From contig CAZMTL010000004.1 of assembly GCA_964569575.1 (NCBI GenBank), forward strand, positions 8,959 to 72,958: a DNA stretch of 64,000 nt, written 5' to 3'. Shown one piece after another: positions 20,105 to 30,372 of the stretch. Made by a program: the position numbers and the translations under genes. This DNA is from an uncultured Gammaproteobacteria bacterium (GTDB lineage Bacteria; Patescibacteriota; Patescibacteriia; UBA9934). The notes below the pieces were generated by a model, which was not told where the DNA came from, searched no databases, and was given only the letters and a program-made list of their open reading frames with translations. Position 1 is the stretch's first letter. The number at the start of each line of letters is the position of its first letter.

Positions 20105-22645
20105 TTAAAGCGTTCGCGGATCCGGCTGTTGAGCTACCGGTTTTTTCAATCCAATTCCCGCTCGTAACATAATATCTTTTTCCACAATCGCCTTCGGTCG
20201 GCCATATTCAAGGCGCGAAATCTCTTTCAACGCATCCGCCAGCTGCGGATTTGGCTTCTCGGGCGATTCTGCCTTAAGCGTAAACGGCTTCGCCTGCGCA
20301 TTATCGATAATCATCTTGGCATTCCAAGTAAACTTATCAGTATTCTGCAAATCGTAGCCAGTAAACGTCGGCTCGAACACCTTCGAAAGAATATCGGTGT
20401 CTTCCGGTCCAACGCGCGCCACGAACATATTTCCAACGTTTCCTAACACTGCGTCTCTAATCTCGGTCTTTCCACCATCTTGAACCAATTGCCCCATGTA
20501 CTGGTGAGCTAATACAAGATTTAACTTATACTTTCGAGCTTCGGAAAGGATCGTTGCAATAGAAGGAGTAATAAAGTTTTGGAACTCGTCGATATACAAG
20601 TAAAAATCTTTTCGCTGATCTTCCGGAATATCCGCTCGAGTAAATGCTGCCATCTGCAATTTTGACACAAGAATCAATCCCAGCAAATTCGCGTTCACAT
20701 CTCCAGTTTTTCCTTTTGCCAGGTTCACCAACAAAATCTTGCCTTCATCCATAATTTTACGAAAATCGAACGAAGAACGCTGCTGTCCGATAATATTTCG
20801 CATCATTTCGTTTTCAACGAATCGCCCCACTTTCGAAGTAAGATACCCCATCATTTCCGACTTGTGATAATCGCTGGTGTTATCCATTTCATCTTCCCAG
20901 AACGATCGCACGACAGGATCTTTAATCTTCGCTCGCCATCGTTGCTGAAAATCCTTATCCGCAACCATACGCGGAATCTCCACAATCGTTCCCGGGTCAC
21001 TTAAATCCGACATCAACGTCAACATGTAGTTTCGCATTTGATGTTCAAACATCGGCCCAATCATTTCGGGCGGGAACAACATGTAAAAAATCGAAATCAT
21101 TTCCTGCACCGCAAAATCGCGCATGTTTTCGTTTGGCGCATCCAACATATTTAACCCCATCGGACGATCCATATCCGAAGGATTAAAGTAAATAACATCA
21201 TCAATTCGGTGTTTTGGAATCGTTCCCAAAATGTCATCAACCAAATCTCCATGCGGATCAATAACCGCAATTCCCTTTCCATTCTGAATATCCTGATTCG
21301 CCATGTAGCGCAAAAAGTATGATTTTCCAGAACCAGTTTTACCGATAATATAGCTATGCCGTCGGCGATCCGCGTCCGTCATAAAAATGTCGGTTCGACG
21401 TCCACGGTACATATTGTACCCAACGTGCAAACCAGACGTAGGCACGCCTGTAGGTGCTGGAGCCGTTCGAGCCTCCATCCATCGAATATTCGGAGTCTCG
21501 GTCGTCGCAAGCGGCAAATGCCACAAGCTCGCCATTTCTTCCGTATTCAAAATCATTTTATACTTTGAATCAAACTGACGGAAAATAAACGCATTAATCA
21601 AACGCGTCTTACGTGGAAGTTCCTTCGAAAATGAATTTCCAAACTCATAAATATTAAATTGTCCGTACGCCTGCAAAATATTGTTCAAATTCGCCTGTGC
21701 TGTCTGAGCAGTAATCCCCGAACACACAATACGCACATTCACCTCCATCGCCGCCTTACTTAACTTCCCTTCAATTCCCTGCAACATCTTGTCCTCGGCC
21801 TGGGACAATCGTTTTTCGGCCTGTTGAGCCTTCAACTTGTCCTGCGAATCCTTCGACGTCACCATTTTGGTCCATCCATCTCCACCCTTCTTCGCTTCTT
21901 CAAACGAAAGACCTTTCTGCATATTCTTCACCACTCGGCGACCCATCGCGCGCCAACCATTACTCACCGGACGAATCATATACTGAATCGCCGCCCCTTC
22001 GCCTGCAGGCACCTTCGAAATAGCGTTCGTGATTCCGTTCAATGGATCCGAATCAAGCTCCTTATACGTCTTAATCGGCAAAAAATTCTCGCGTTTCAAC
22101 TTCAAATACGCCCCAACAATCACCCCTTTTGGTGAAAACATGTTGTAATCCTCGATATGCTCAAACGCGGCATTTGGATACTGAGCATGCATCTGCTGCT
22201 CCATAAATTCCCTCATATACGAAGGAACCGTCATGTAAAACGTAATCAAATGATTGTGCGCAACAATTTCGAGCGCTAACTGATCTTGCCGCCCACGCCA
22301 CCAAGCACCAAACCCACCCTGCGGCTTCTGTCCGCCAATAGCAGAATAAAATGTCTCCGCAATCGCGATCGTCTCCTGTGTATCTGCCAAACGCTCAACG
22401 CCCTTCACGTCATCTTCTGTCTGAAATTTCGGCACCGTTACCATCAATGTAATCGGTTTGTACGCCCCTTCTCCAAGAATATTTTTCTTCTGCGCGTTCG
22501 AACGAAGCAAAAAGACAATAAATACCGTCAATAAAATGAAGCCCAGAACAAACAACGCCAACATAATCACATCGCTCTGCAATGAAGCCTGCGGCAATGT
22601 GCCATTACTTACCAATAGTGACGTCTGCAATAATCCTCCTAACAT
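20105..22645 (-). CDS. membrane-anchored TraD/VirD4/TraG-type (type IV coupling protein-like) ATPase
   Basis: 846 aa; N-terminal TM segment; Walker A IIGKTGSGKSYF; Walker B-like FYLYIDEFQNF; overall coupling-protein/HerA-like layout. Confidence 0.7.
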   Translation of the reverse strand: MLGGLLQTSLLVSNGTLPQASLQSDVIMLALFVLGFILLTVFIVFLLRSNAQKKNILGEGAYKPITLMVTVPKFQTEDDVKGVERLADTQETIAIAETFYSAIGGQKPQGGFGAWWRGRQDQLALEIVAHNHLITFYMTVPSYMREFMEQQMHAQYPNAAFEHIEDYNMFSPKGVIVGAYLKLKRENFLPIKTYKELDSDPLNGITNAISKVPAGEGAAIQYMIRPVSNGWRAMGRRVVKNMQKGLSFEEAKKGGDGWTKMVTSKDSQDKLKAQQAEKRLSQAEDKMLQGIEGKLSKAAMEVNVRIVCSGITAQTAQANLNNILQAYGQFNIYEFGNSFSKELPRKTRLINAFIFRQFDSKYKMILNTEEMASLWHLPLATTETPNIRWMEARTAPAPTGVPTSGLHVGYNMYRGRRTDIFMTDADRRRHSYIIGKTGSGKSYFLRYMANQDIQNGKGIAVIDPHGDLVDDILGTIPKHRIDDVIYFNPSDMDRPMGLNMLDAPNENMRDFAVQEMISIFYMLFPPEMIGPMFEHQMRNYMLTLMSDLSDPGTIVEIPRMVADKDFQQRWRAKIKDPVVRSFWEDEMDNTSDYHKSEMMGYLTSKVGRFVENEMMRNIIGQQRSSFDFRKIMDEGKILLVNLAKGKTGDVNANLLGLILVSKLQMAAFTRADIPEDQRKDFYLYIDEFQNFITPSIATILSEARKYKLNLVLAHQYMGQLVQDGGKTEIRDAVLGNVGNMFVARVGPEDTDILSKVFEPTFTGYDLQNTDKFTWNAKMIIDNAQAKPFTLKAESPEKPNPQLADALKEISRLEYGRPKAIVEKDIMLRAGIGLKKPVAQQPDPRTL

Positions 22646-22648
22646 ACA

Positions 22649-23170
22649 TTACAAATCAGTTTGAACTTCCGAAACCTTAGATTCTGCGTAATCAGCCAAC
22701 TTATCAGCCTTAATCTTCGCCTCTTGTTCCAAGAAAAACTTATTCACTCCCGGAATCAAACGAAGCCACGCGCGAATCAACTGCAATATTTTTGGAACAG
22801 AGATCTTTCCACTTGCAATCATGTCCCGCACCACCATCGCAATCTCTTCACCCTTCGCGCGAAAAACCGGTTTTTTCGATTCTGGTAATTCTCGATAAAT
22901 ATCTGCTAACCCATCCGAAAGCGCAGTCTCTAAATCGAGCAAAACCGGATCCTTCGGAACGACAAACGCCGCATGCTCTTCCTGAGCAAGCGATTCAGCA
23001 AGCTTCAAAGCCTCGGCTTCGTCACGCTGCTCTTCTTCGGTCAACATCTCCTGCTCAACTGGCTCTTGTTCCACTGCAACTTCTTTCGAAACTTCGGGCG
23101 AAGCCTGCATCTGATCGAGAAAATCCACCGATCGCGGTTGTTCAATTTTTGGTTCGGTTCCCATGCGCAC
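22649..23170 (-). CDS. acidic hypothetical protein, probably translationally coupled to the ATPase
   Basis: 173 aa; its stop lies 3 nt before the ATPase start; no family recognised. Confidence 0.5.
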   Translation of the reverse strand: MRMGTEPKIEQPRSVDFLDQMQASPEVSKEVAVEQEPVEQEMLTEEEQRDEAEALKLAESLAQEEHAAFVVPKDPVLLDLETALSDGLADIYRELPESKKPVFRAKGEEIAMVVRDMIASGKISVPKILQLIRAWLRLIPGVNKFFLEQEAKIKADKLADYAESKVSEVQTDL

Positions 23171-23193
23171 AGTATACCATGAACCAAAAATGA

Positions 23194-24576
23194 CTAACCC
23201 CCAATCGCACGTACTTTTACACCGTCCGCACCATCTTCCAAGACAAATCCCGCAGCTTCGATTTCATTACGCAACCGATCCGACTCCGACCACTCTTTTT
23301 TCGCTCGAGCCTTCTCGCGATCTTCGATCATTTTCTGCACCATTAACGGAACTTCCACCTGCTGACCAACATAACGCTCCAAATCTAATCCGAGCACACG
23401 ATCACACTGCAAAAGCGTTGCTGCTTTCGATTCCGAAGAAAGATGCTCGTCTTTCAAAATAGCCCACACCTGTGCCAACGCGCCCGGCATGTCTAAATCA
23501 TCATTCACGCGCTGCAAAAAAACCGCAAAACTCTCTTCATCTACCGCGCCTGGCATATCCAAATCTCGAGCCATATTACGCAAATGCACCAATGCATTCT
23601 GAGCCGCCTGAATCGATTCCCAAGTAAAATTCAACGCAGAACGATAATGCGCCGTAAACGTAAAATATCGATACGCCAACGGATCAATCCCTTTTTCCAT
23701 TAAATTGTCCACCGTATACGCATTTCCAAGAGATTTCGACATCTTACCGCCATCGATCAACAAAAACGCTCCGTGCAACCAATAATGCGCCAAATCATTT
23801 TCATAAGCTGCGCTCGTTTGAGCGATTTCGTTCTCGTGATGCACTGGCGCTAAATCGATTCCGCCGGTATGCACATCAAACGGCGCATCCAAGTACTGTT
23901 CCGACATCGCAGAACACTCAATATGCCAACCAGGAAACCCAACACCCCACGGCGAAGGCCATTCCATATCGCGCTTTTCATCTTTAGGCGAAAATTTCCA
24001 CAACGCAAAATCCGAAGCCTGCTTTTTCTGTGAATTGACTGCGACACGTGCTCCTGCCTCCTTTTCTTCTAGCTTTTGACCACCCAACTTTCCATAATCA
24101 GCTAAGCGAGATGTATCAAAATACACACCGTCGTCGATCGTGTACGTAAACCCCTTCTTTTCCAGCAATTGAATAAACTCAATTTGCTCCGCAATATGAT
24201 CGGTCGCACGCGGTAACTGAGCCGGTTGCAAAATATTCAACAAATGCAAGTCCTTCAAAAAAATATCGGTGTAGTACTGCGCAATTTCCCAAGCCGTCTT
24301 TCCTTCGCGCTTCATCGCCACAATCATCTTGTCCTCGCCTTCATCGACATCTCCCGTCAAATGACCAACATCCGTCACATTCATTACATGCTTCACTTCG
24401 TAACCATTTAACTGAAACATGCGCCGCAGCACGTCGGTAAAAATAAACGTACGAAAATTCCCAATCGTCGCCACGCTATAAACCGTAGGACCACATGCGT
24501 ACAAACCCACTTTTCCTTCGTGAATCGGCTTGAATACTTCTTTTTCTTTTGTAAGTGAATTTGTCAGATAAATCAT
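23194..24576 (-). CDS. cysS: cysteine--tRNA ligase
   Basis: HIGH-type motif region CGPTVYSVATIGNFRTF and KMSKS; the first ATG at 24576 gives MIYLTNSLTKEKEVF. Confidence 0.95.
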   Translation of the reverse strand: MIYLTNSLTKEKEVFKPIHEGKVGLYACGPTVYSVATIGNFRTFIFTDVLRRMFQLNGYEVKHVMNVTDVGHLTGDVDEGEDKMIVAMKREGKTAWEIAQYYTDIFLKDLHLLNILQPAQLPRATDHIAEQIEFIQLLEKKGFTYTIDDGVYFDTSRLADYGKLGGQKLEEKEAGARVAVNSQKKQASDFALWKFSPKDEKRDMEWPSPWGVGFPGWHIECSAMSEQYLDAPFDVHTGGIDLAPVHHENEIAQTSAAYENDLAHYWLHGAFLLIDGGKMSKSLGNAYTVDNLMEKGIDPLAYRYFTFTAHYRSALNFTWESIQAAQNALVHLRNMARDLDMPGAVDEESFAVFLQRVNDDLDMPGALAQVWAILKDEHLSSESKAATLLQCDRVLGLDLERYVGQQVEVPLMVQKMIEDREKARAKKEWSESDRLRNEIEAAGFVLEDGADGVKVRAIGG

Positions 24577-24615
24577 ATGCACCAAGAGTAACGGAACAAA
24601 AGGGAAAAAGAAAGT

Positions 24616-25113
24616 TTAATCATCCCCACGAATCAACAACCAAAATCCAATCGGCGCAACAACCCAGAAAATCGATCCTGGTTGAGAAATGAACAGTAAA
24701 TTTGTCAGTTCGGACAAATCAGCCTGGAACACGCCTCCAGAGAGCCGCGCTAAAATAACCACAAACAACCCGGCAGCTAATGTAGCAAACACGCCCGTTT
24801 CCCAAAGCGCAGGCACCATTGGTGATTCAAAAAAACCATTTCGAGTAAGAATAAAAAACGTGATCAAAAAGAACACCAAGAAATAACCACCCTCTAAAAA
24901 CCCCGACTCAACTCCAAACGTCGGCAATAACGAAAAGAGATCAGAAAAAAAGAAGATCGGAAAAGCTGAGATATAAATCGCTTTAATCGCCGTCACCACA
25001 TCTTCCTTGCCAAGCGTACAGAAATACAAAATAAACAAGATAAAAACCCCAAGAATCACCAGCAAATCAATCGAAAGTGTAAGGGAAGAGAAAAAAGAAA
25101 GAATAACTTGCAT
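24616..25113 (-). CDS. polytopic membrane protein, function unknown
   Basis: 165 aa with about five hydrophobic helices; 3-nt gap to the upstream gene. Confidence 0.55.
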   Translation of the reverse strand: MQVILSFFSSLTLSIDLLVILGVFILFILYFCTLGKEDVVTAIKAIYISAFPIFFFSDLFSLLPTFGVESGFLEGGYFLVFFLITFFILTRNGFFESPMVPALWETGVFATLAAGLFVVILARLSGGVFQADLSELTNLLFISQPGSIFWVVAPIGFWLLIRGDD

Positions 25114-25116
25114 AGC

Positions 25117-26628
25117 TTAGGAACAATAATTTTGTACTTGATACGTATCGATCACCCGAGCACCGCGCACATCCATGCCCCAAACGGTCAATTCCGAGAT
25201 CAATTCATCACCAGAATACACCTCTGCTCCTACCATCATATCATCAAAACCAGACCAGGTAACCACATCCACTTTTACCGCCCTGCAATCACGCACATCC
25301 AGCAAAAACACCGCTTCATCAAAATCAGCATCCATATCATCTAACTCGAACGAAAGTTTAAATTGACGATCTCCAAGCACCTCCGCACGCACATATTCTG
25401 AAATCGTATGTCGACGCTGGCCCTGCGAATCTTCGATAAACAAATAAAAGGCGCTATTCTCGCATGTACGCGCACATGCCTGAGTTGAATCAAACACTTG
25501 CTCATCTGCTCGAACAGCATCTTGATCAGATAAAACATGAGTAACAAGCTCCGAACTTCCACCAGAACGATCAGGCGATTCGCTAGAAATCGATTCGGCC
25601 ATCTCGGGAACTTCGAAAGCAGCAACGCGATACACCAACGGAACAGCCGCTTCAACCGGCGCAATACCTAACTTCACCGTAGTGCCCCGCAACACCTCTT
25701 CACCATCATCAGAATAACGCAAAATACTGGTGATATGATCTGTCTGCGAAACAAATCCACGAGCGAACTTCACCCGCACATCGAGCAAAGCTTCTTCGCC
25801 TGGAGCAATCGAACCAATCATCCACTCACCAGTCGTATAATCATACTGACCAGCACTCGCCCGTCCGCCTAAATAATCCATTTTCGTCGAAATAGGCATT
25901 TGAACCGCAATCGAATCAACAGAAACAACCCCCGTATTTCGAACGGTCATTTTTAGCAAAAACTCTTCCTCGAGCGCGAATGCGTCGGCATCGATCAAAA
26001 GCTCGTGCTCCAATTTTGGCACTCCCGGCTCTACCCAAATATCATACACATTCAAAGAAGCACTGTCCGCAAACTGGTACCCCATTTCATCAGGATCGCC
26101 CTGAACACGTTGAATGACTCGAACGCACAAAGAAGAAATCTCCGAAGCCTCCACAGGAACACTCAACGTAAGTCGACCTTCTTGTTCAGAAAAAACGCCC
26201 ATATCAACCCACGCCCTACTTCCAGCATCCGAACACATAACATTGCCGGAAGCAGAATACTGAACAACAAACGAATCATCACCATTTACACCTTCGAAAA
26301 AACTCCCTATAAACGACAACGCATACAAATCCAAGTCGCTCTCCAAATCCGCAAAGTCATAAAAATAAGCAGCCGTCGCAGACTCACTCCCCGCAAAATA
26401 CATCTTCGCAAACGTCTTCTCGTCTCGAGGGCGATCAAAATCAAAAGCGGCTTCCGCACTATTCTCGCCTGTGGGAGGATGAACAACATTTGTATTCAAA
26501 CGTGTTTCGGTGGGTTTTGAATACTCACCGGCCGCACCAACCATGGTCATGCGCACAAGTAAAAACAAGCTCGTCAGTGCAAAAATCACGAACAAAACAA
26601 CAAGATGTGACGTTTGCACGGCTCGCAT
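25117..26628 (-). CDS. N-terminally anchored extracellular hypothetical protein
   Basis: 503 aa; N-terminal TM LVVLFVIFALTSLFLLV; beta-rich middle region resembling DUF11-type repeat folds (weak). Confidence 0.5.
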   Translation of the reverse strand: MRAVQTSHLVVLFVIFALTSLFLLVRMTMVGAAGEYSKPTETRLNTNVVHPPTGENSAEAAFDFDRPRDEKTFAKMYFAGSESATAAYFYDFADLESDLDLYALSFIGSFFEGVNGDDSFVVQYSASGNVMCSDAGSRAWVDMGVFSEQEGRLTLSVPVEASEISSLCVRVIQRVQGDPDEMGYQFADSASLNVYDIWVEPGVPKLEHELLIDADAFALEEEFLLKMTVRNTGVVSVDSIAVQMPISTKMDYLGGRASAGQYDYTTGEWMIGSIAPGEEALLDVRVKFARGFVSQTDHITSILRYSDDGEEVLRGTTVKLGIAPVEAAVPLVYRVAAFEVPEMAESISSESPDRSGGSSELVTHVLSDQDAVRADEQVFDSTQACARTCENSAFYLFIEDSQGQRRHTISEYVRAEVLGDRQFKLSFELDDMDADFDEAVFLLDVRDCRAVKVDVVTWSGFDDMMVGAEVYSGDELISELTVWGMDVRGARVIDTYQVQNYCS

Positions 26629-26629
26629 A

Positions 26630-27211
26630 TCAAAACCCCATGGTTAAATTGAATCCACCTGCCACCTCCTTCTCCTTCGGTTTAAAATCGATATTCACCA
26701 TTCGACGTTCACCCATTCGGTCATCGAACAAGATGTACCCTTTCTCCACCCCAAATTCAAACACATCCTTCGTTACCTTCACGTCCTGCATACAGTAATC
26801 AATCACATCCTGCACCTTCCCTTCCTTCCACCACTGCACCGCAAGCAAACCATGAGCACTCTTCTTCACCCCAATCGTTGCCGCCGCTACATCGTCCAAC
26901 TTAATACGGTACCCCAAATTTTTATAAATCTCGGCCAACATGTCGCACTGAGGCAATTTCAATAAATTTCCAGCGTAATACCGATTCATTACCGGCAAAT
27001 CGAAGCCAATTGTGTTATACCCAATGATACGATCACACGCTTCCAAGCGCTTACAAAGCGCCGGAACATCGGGCTCCAAAAAAGATTCCCACGTATCCGT
27101 TTCGTAAAAATAGGCACAGACAACCGAAACATTCAGCTTATCCGGAAAATACCCTCCAACATCGTCGAATGTGTTCGACGTTTCAATATCGAGAATGACA
27201 TCTTTATTCAT
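26630..27211 (-). CDS. RNase H-like / DEDD-type exonuclease-like protein
   Basis: DIETSN (Exo I-like), GYNTIGFDLPV (Exo II-like), HGLL...YCMQDV (Exo III-like). Confidence 0.55.
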   Translation of the reverse strand: MNKDVILDIETSNTFDDVGGYFPDKLNVSVVCAYFYETDTWESFLEPDVPALCKRLEACDRIIGYNTIGFDLPVMNRYYAGNLLKLPQCDMLAEIYKNLGYRIKLDDVAAATIGVKKSAHGLLAVQWWKEGKVQDVIDYCMQDVKVTKDVFEFGVEKGYILFDDRMGERRMVNIDFKPKEKEVAGGFNLTMGF

Positions 27212-27232
27212 ACGCTCACAGTATACCAAATA

Positions 27233-27775
27233 TTAAGAATCAAATTTATACAAAAACGCCTTCCGACCGTCATCGTCCCACGTTTCTACCGGTTGAAGCT
27301 GTGGAAAAGGAAATCCTCTGGAAATACAGTGAGCTCCACGCAATTCAGCGACCAACTTCTTCTCTAGCCGAGCCATCATCGGCGGAAGTAAATACACGGC
27401 AATGACATCGCAAGCGACAAGCGGTTGATGAAAGATATTCGCTGTCTTCACCTCGATACAATGACTCAACCCAAGGATTCGTACCCGCAACCTGGAATAG
27501 ATCACAAGAATTGGATTGATTTCATATCCAACAGCCCGTTTCGCTCCAAATCGAACCGCCTCAATTAAAAACGTCCCCGTTCCCGAACCAATATCCACAA
27601 ACACATCCCCCCGCTTCAATCTGGATCGTTCGAGCAATAACGTTGCAAGTTCACTTGATGTTCCAACAAAAGGCGACCCAAACACAGCCGTCGCCCCAAA
27701 ACTCGCCAAGACAACCGCCGCAAAAAAACAAACAATCAACAAAGACGAAAGCACAACAAGTAAAAAAACCGACAT
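27233..27775 (-). CDS. class I SAM-dependent methyltransferase with N-terminal TM segment
   Basis: Motif I VFVDIGSGTGTFLIEA; ATG 27775 abuts the upstream stop at 27777. Confidence 0.7.
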   Translation of the reverse strand: MSVFLLVVLSSLLIVCFFAAVVLASFGATAVFGSPFVGTSSELATLLLERSRLKRGDVFVDIGSGTGTFLIEAVRFGAKRAVGYEINPILVIYSRLRVRILGLSHCIEVKTANIFHQPLVACDVIAVYLLPPMMARLEKKLVAELRGAHCISRGFPFPQLQPVETWDDDGRKAFLYKFDS

Positions 27776-27776
27776 A

Positions 27777-28778
27777 TTACTCCGCCTGAAGCAATTCACG
27801 CGCCGTGTCCCACAACTGAGGACGATCGTTCTGCTTCAAAAAATACCACCACTCAATTCCCCACACATATACCTCATCAATACCTGTCGCCTGGGCAAAT
27901 CTAACATTTCGAGCGAACTCTTTTTCTGTAAACAATTGATACTTCGCTTCAAGCGTAAGCAACTCAGATGCTGGAGGAAACCATGGCTCTAATTGCAACT
28001 CAGAAATAATCGGCCGAGCTCCAAACTGATTCGCAAGCGCACCCTGAACCGCATACCAAAACGGTGGAATCGGAAACGTTGTATGGCCTAAAACAGGAAC
28101 ATACACTGTTCGATACAAACTTGCACCAATCACATCCAAAGGCTTCACACGTCCGGCCCAAATTGATTGCTCACCACTAACCGTTCCTTGAATCGGATGA
28201 GAAGAATCAAGTCCTCGAACCAACTCAATTTCGCGATAGTAACGCTCTGCATTTGGAGGCGGACATTCACCGAATGGAAAAAACGGTTCATTCTCGACCT
28301 GCCATCGCTCAAGAGCAGGATGTGCCTTATACCGCTCAACCGCCGTCTGCATGTACCCAAACAAGGCAGCCTCGCGCTCTTCCGGCGACAATTCCTCTGC
28401 CCATTCAGGAATAAAACACTCCGGCCAACGTGGCACCTTCAATCCAACCACTAGTGTTACACGCGCGTCATATTCAGCAGCACGATCCATCATCCAATCA
28501 ATCTCGCTAAAATCATACACTCCTCGCTCAGATTCAATTGAAGACCAATATAACGGAATGCGATAGTTTTGCTGATTCAAATCGGCGAGCGAAGCTTCAA
28601 ACGCTTCTTGCCAGTCGATTCCTAACTCCTTCGCATAAACCGTTGAAAACGTCACTCCATACGCTGGTTTCGGAAACGTCTTAAAGGAAAAAATAAACGA
28701 AGCCAAATAAAACAACACCAAAATCACGCAAACAATGCTGAGCAAACCCAAAATAATCTGTACAAACATGCGTTTCAT
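27777..28778 (-). CDS. clan GH-A glycoside hydrolase-like protein, membrane anchored
   Basis: WQVENEP acid/base motif and a later ISELQLEPW candidate nucleophile; start at MKRMFVQIILGLL (28778) directly after the upstream stop. Confidence 0.6.
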   Translation of the reverse strand: MKRMFVQIILGLLSIVCVILVLFYLASFIFSFKTFPKPAYGVTFSTVYAKELGIDWQEAFEASLADLNQQNYRIPLYWSSIESERGVYDFSEIDWMMDRAAEYDARVTLVVGLKVPRWPECFIPEWAEELSPEEREAALFGYMQTAVERYKAHPALERWQVENEPFFPFGECPPPNAERYYREIELVRGLDSSHPIQGTVSGEQSIWAGRVKPLDVIGASLYRTVYVPVLGHTTFPIPPFWYAVQGALANQFGARPIISELQLEPWFPPASELLTLEAKYQLFTEKEFARNVRFAQATGIDEVYVWGIEWWYFLKQNDRPQLWDTARELLQAE

Positions 28779-28779
28779 G

Positions 28780-30369
28780 TTAGATCTCTTCTTTCTTTTC
28801 ACGAATATACCCAACCCACCCTTCAATAAACCGCACAACAACTTTGTACGGAGATTCGATAATGAAATCGAAGAAATAAATAAAGATATTGATTTTCGAA
28901 ACTCGCAACGACAACCAACGACCCGCATGGACAATTGGAAGCATGAAAGCATCAAAAATCGAACCAATCACACCTGCACGCGCTCCAGAAAGCACAACAT
29001 CTTTCGTCGAACTGCGGATACGAATACCGAAAAAGGTCACGAGCGAAAGGAAGAATAAGAATAAACTAATCGAAAGTACACTAAAATGCAGTTTTACAAG
29101 AAACAGAGCGATTGCACTGTACGTAAGTAAAAACATCATCGCATACGCAAAAGCAAAAAACTTTCCAAACGCACCGTAACCATCTCGCTTCAAACGAACA
29201 TTAATCAATTCATGATCTGTACCAACTCGCAAGGCGCGAACAGCCACCATATAATCTTCTTCATTGCGCTTTTCAGGAATCGTCGCAGTCGCGGCAATAA
29301 ACGCCAAGAAAATCGGATGGAAACAAATATTTACCAGCAACGGAAAGAAGTTCGTTTTATGTTCGCCATCTGTAAGCGCCGGGATAATCAGCAAATCATA
29401 CGGAACTTCTAGCAACAACGCTAAAAACATCTTGGTAATAAACAAGAATAGCACCGAACGCACAATGGTGCGCTGCAAACGCGTGCGGAATAATTTTGTA
29501 CGACGTTTTACCGCCTTCGCCACTTCACGATCGAGCAACTCGGGATCATTCAACGTTTTCACAAAATCATCACCAGTTTCAACAATCACATCACGAATAG
29601 CCCAAAACACACCCGAACGACGACGAAGTGCTAAACTTAACCGCTCCGTAACCGGACTCATGATCGCTTCATCAATCGCCTCCATCACCATACCCAAATG
29701 ACTCGATACTTCCTTGATACGCTCTGGCGAAGAACCACCTGGCCAATCAGGGTAATACAATGTAAGCACCCGGAAACGCAAAGTAGCCGTGTTCGATTTC
29801 AGCAATGTCTTGTGAATCGCAATATACAACTTTAAATCCTTCTCCTCTTCGGTCATCTCAATTTTAGGATCCCAAAAAATACGATCTCGCATTTCTTCGT
29901 ACATGAAGCTGACCAGTGCCTCTTCCTGATACGGCGGCGTAATCGCATATTCAACTTCAGTCGAAAGCACTTCCAAAACCCAATTAAAGGCCGCATCCTT
30001 GCGCACCTCGTGTTCATCAATCCAACGCAACAATGGTTCGTACTTCAAAAAAATAGGAAGCAGTTCCTTTGCAAAAGCAGCCGGAACCTCGCGATTCGGC
30101 AAATATTTCGCCCAAATCAATTCTCGCAGCAAGTTCTTGGACAATTCATCAATCGGAATATCAGAACCCAAGTACCGTTTCAAAATACGCAAAATAGCAT
30201 TTCGTCGAAGCAAATGCTCTTCCTGGTAATCCACCGCTGTACGAACTTTTTCGTAAAAACTAGCAGCCGTAGATGCCGGCGCCGTCACCTCGATCGTTTC
30301 CTGACCATTCGCGCCTCCCCTCGCAGGACGCAACAACGAACTCGCTAATTGTAAAATGCGTTCAGACAT
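28780..30369 (-). CDS. large hypothetical protein with a C-terminal polytopic membrane domain
   Basis: 529 aa; soluble N-terminal half and about six C-terminal TM helices; no family recognised. Confidence 0.55.
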   Translation of the reverse strand: MSERILQLASSLLRPARGGANGQETIEVTAPASTAASFYEKVRTAVDYQEEHLLRRNAILRILKRYLGSDIPIDELSKNLLRELIWAKYLPNREVPAAFAKELLPIFLKYEPLLRWIDEHEVRKDAAFNWVLEVLSTEVEYAITPPYQEEALVSFMYEEMRDRIFWDPKIEMTEEEKDLKLYIAIHKTLLKSNTATLRFRVLTLYYPDWPGGSSPERIKEVSSHLGMVMEAIDEAIMSPVTERLSLALRRRSGVFWAIRDVIVETGDDFVKTLNDPELLDREVAKAVKRRTKLFRTRLQRTIVRSVLFLFITKMFLALLLEVPYDLLIIPALTDGEHKTNFFPLLVNICFHPIFLAFIAATATIPEKRNEEDYMVAVRALRVGTDHELINVRLKRDGYGAFGKFFAFAYAMMFLLTYSAIALFLVKLHFSVLSISLFLFFLSLVTFFGIRIRSSTKDVVLSGARAGVIGSIFDAFMLPIVHAGRWLSLRVSKINIFIYFFDFIIESPYKVVVRFIEGWVGYIREKKEEI

Positions 30370-30372
30370 AGA

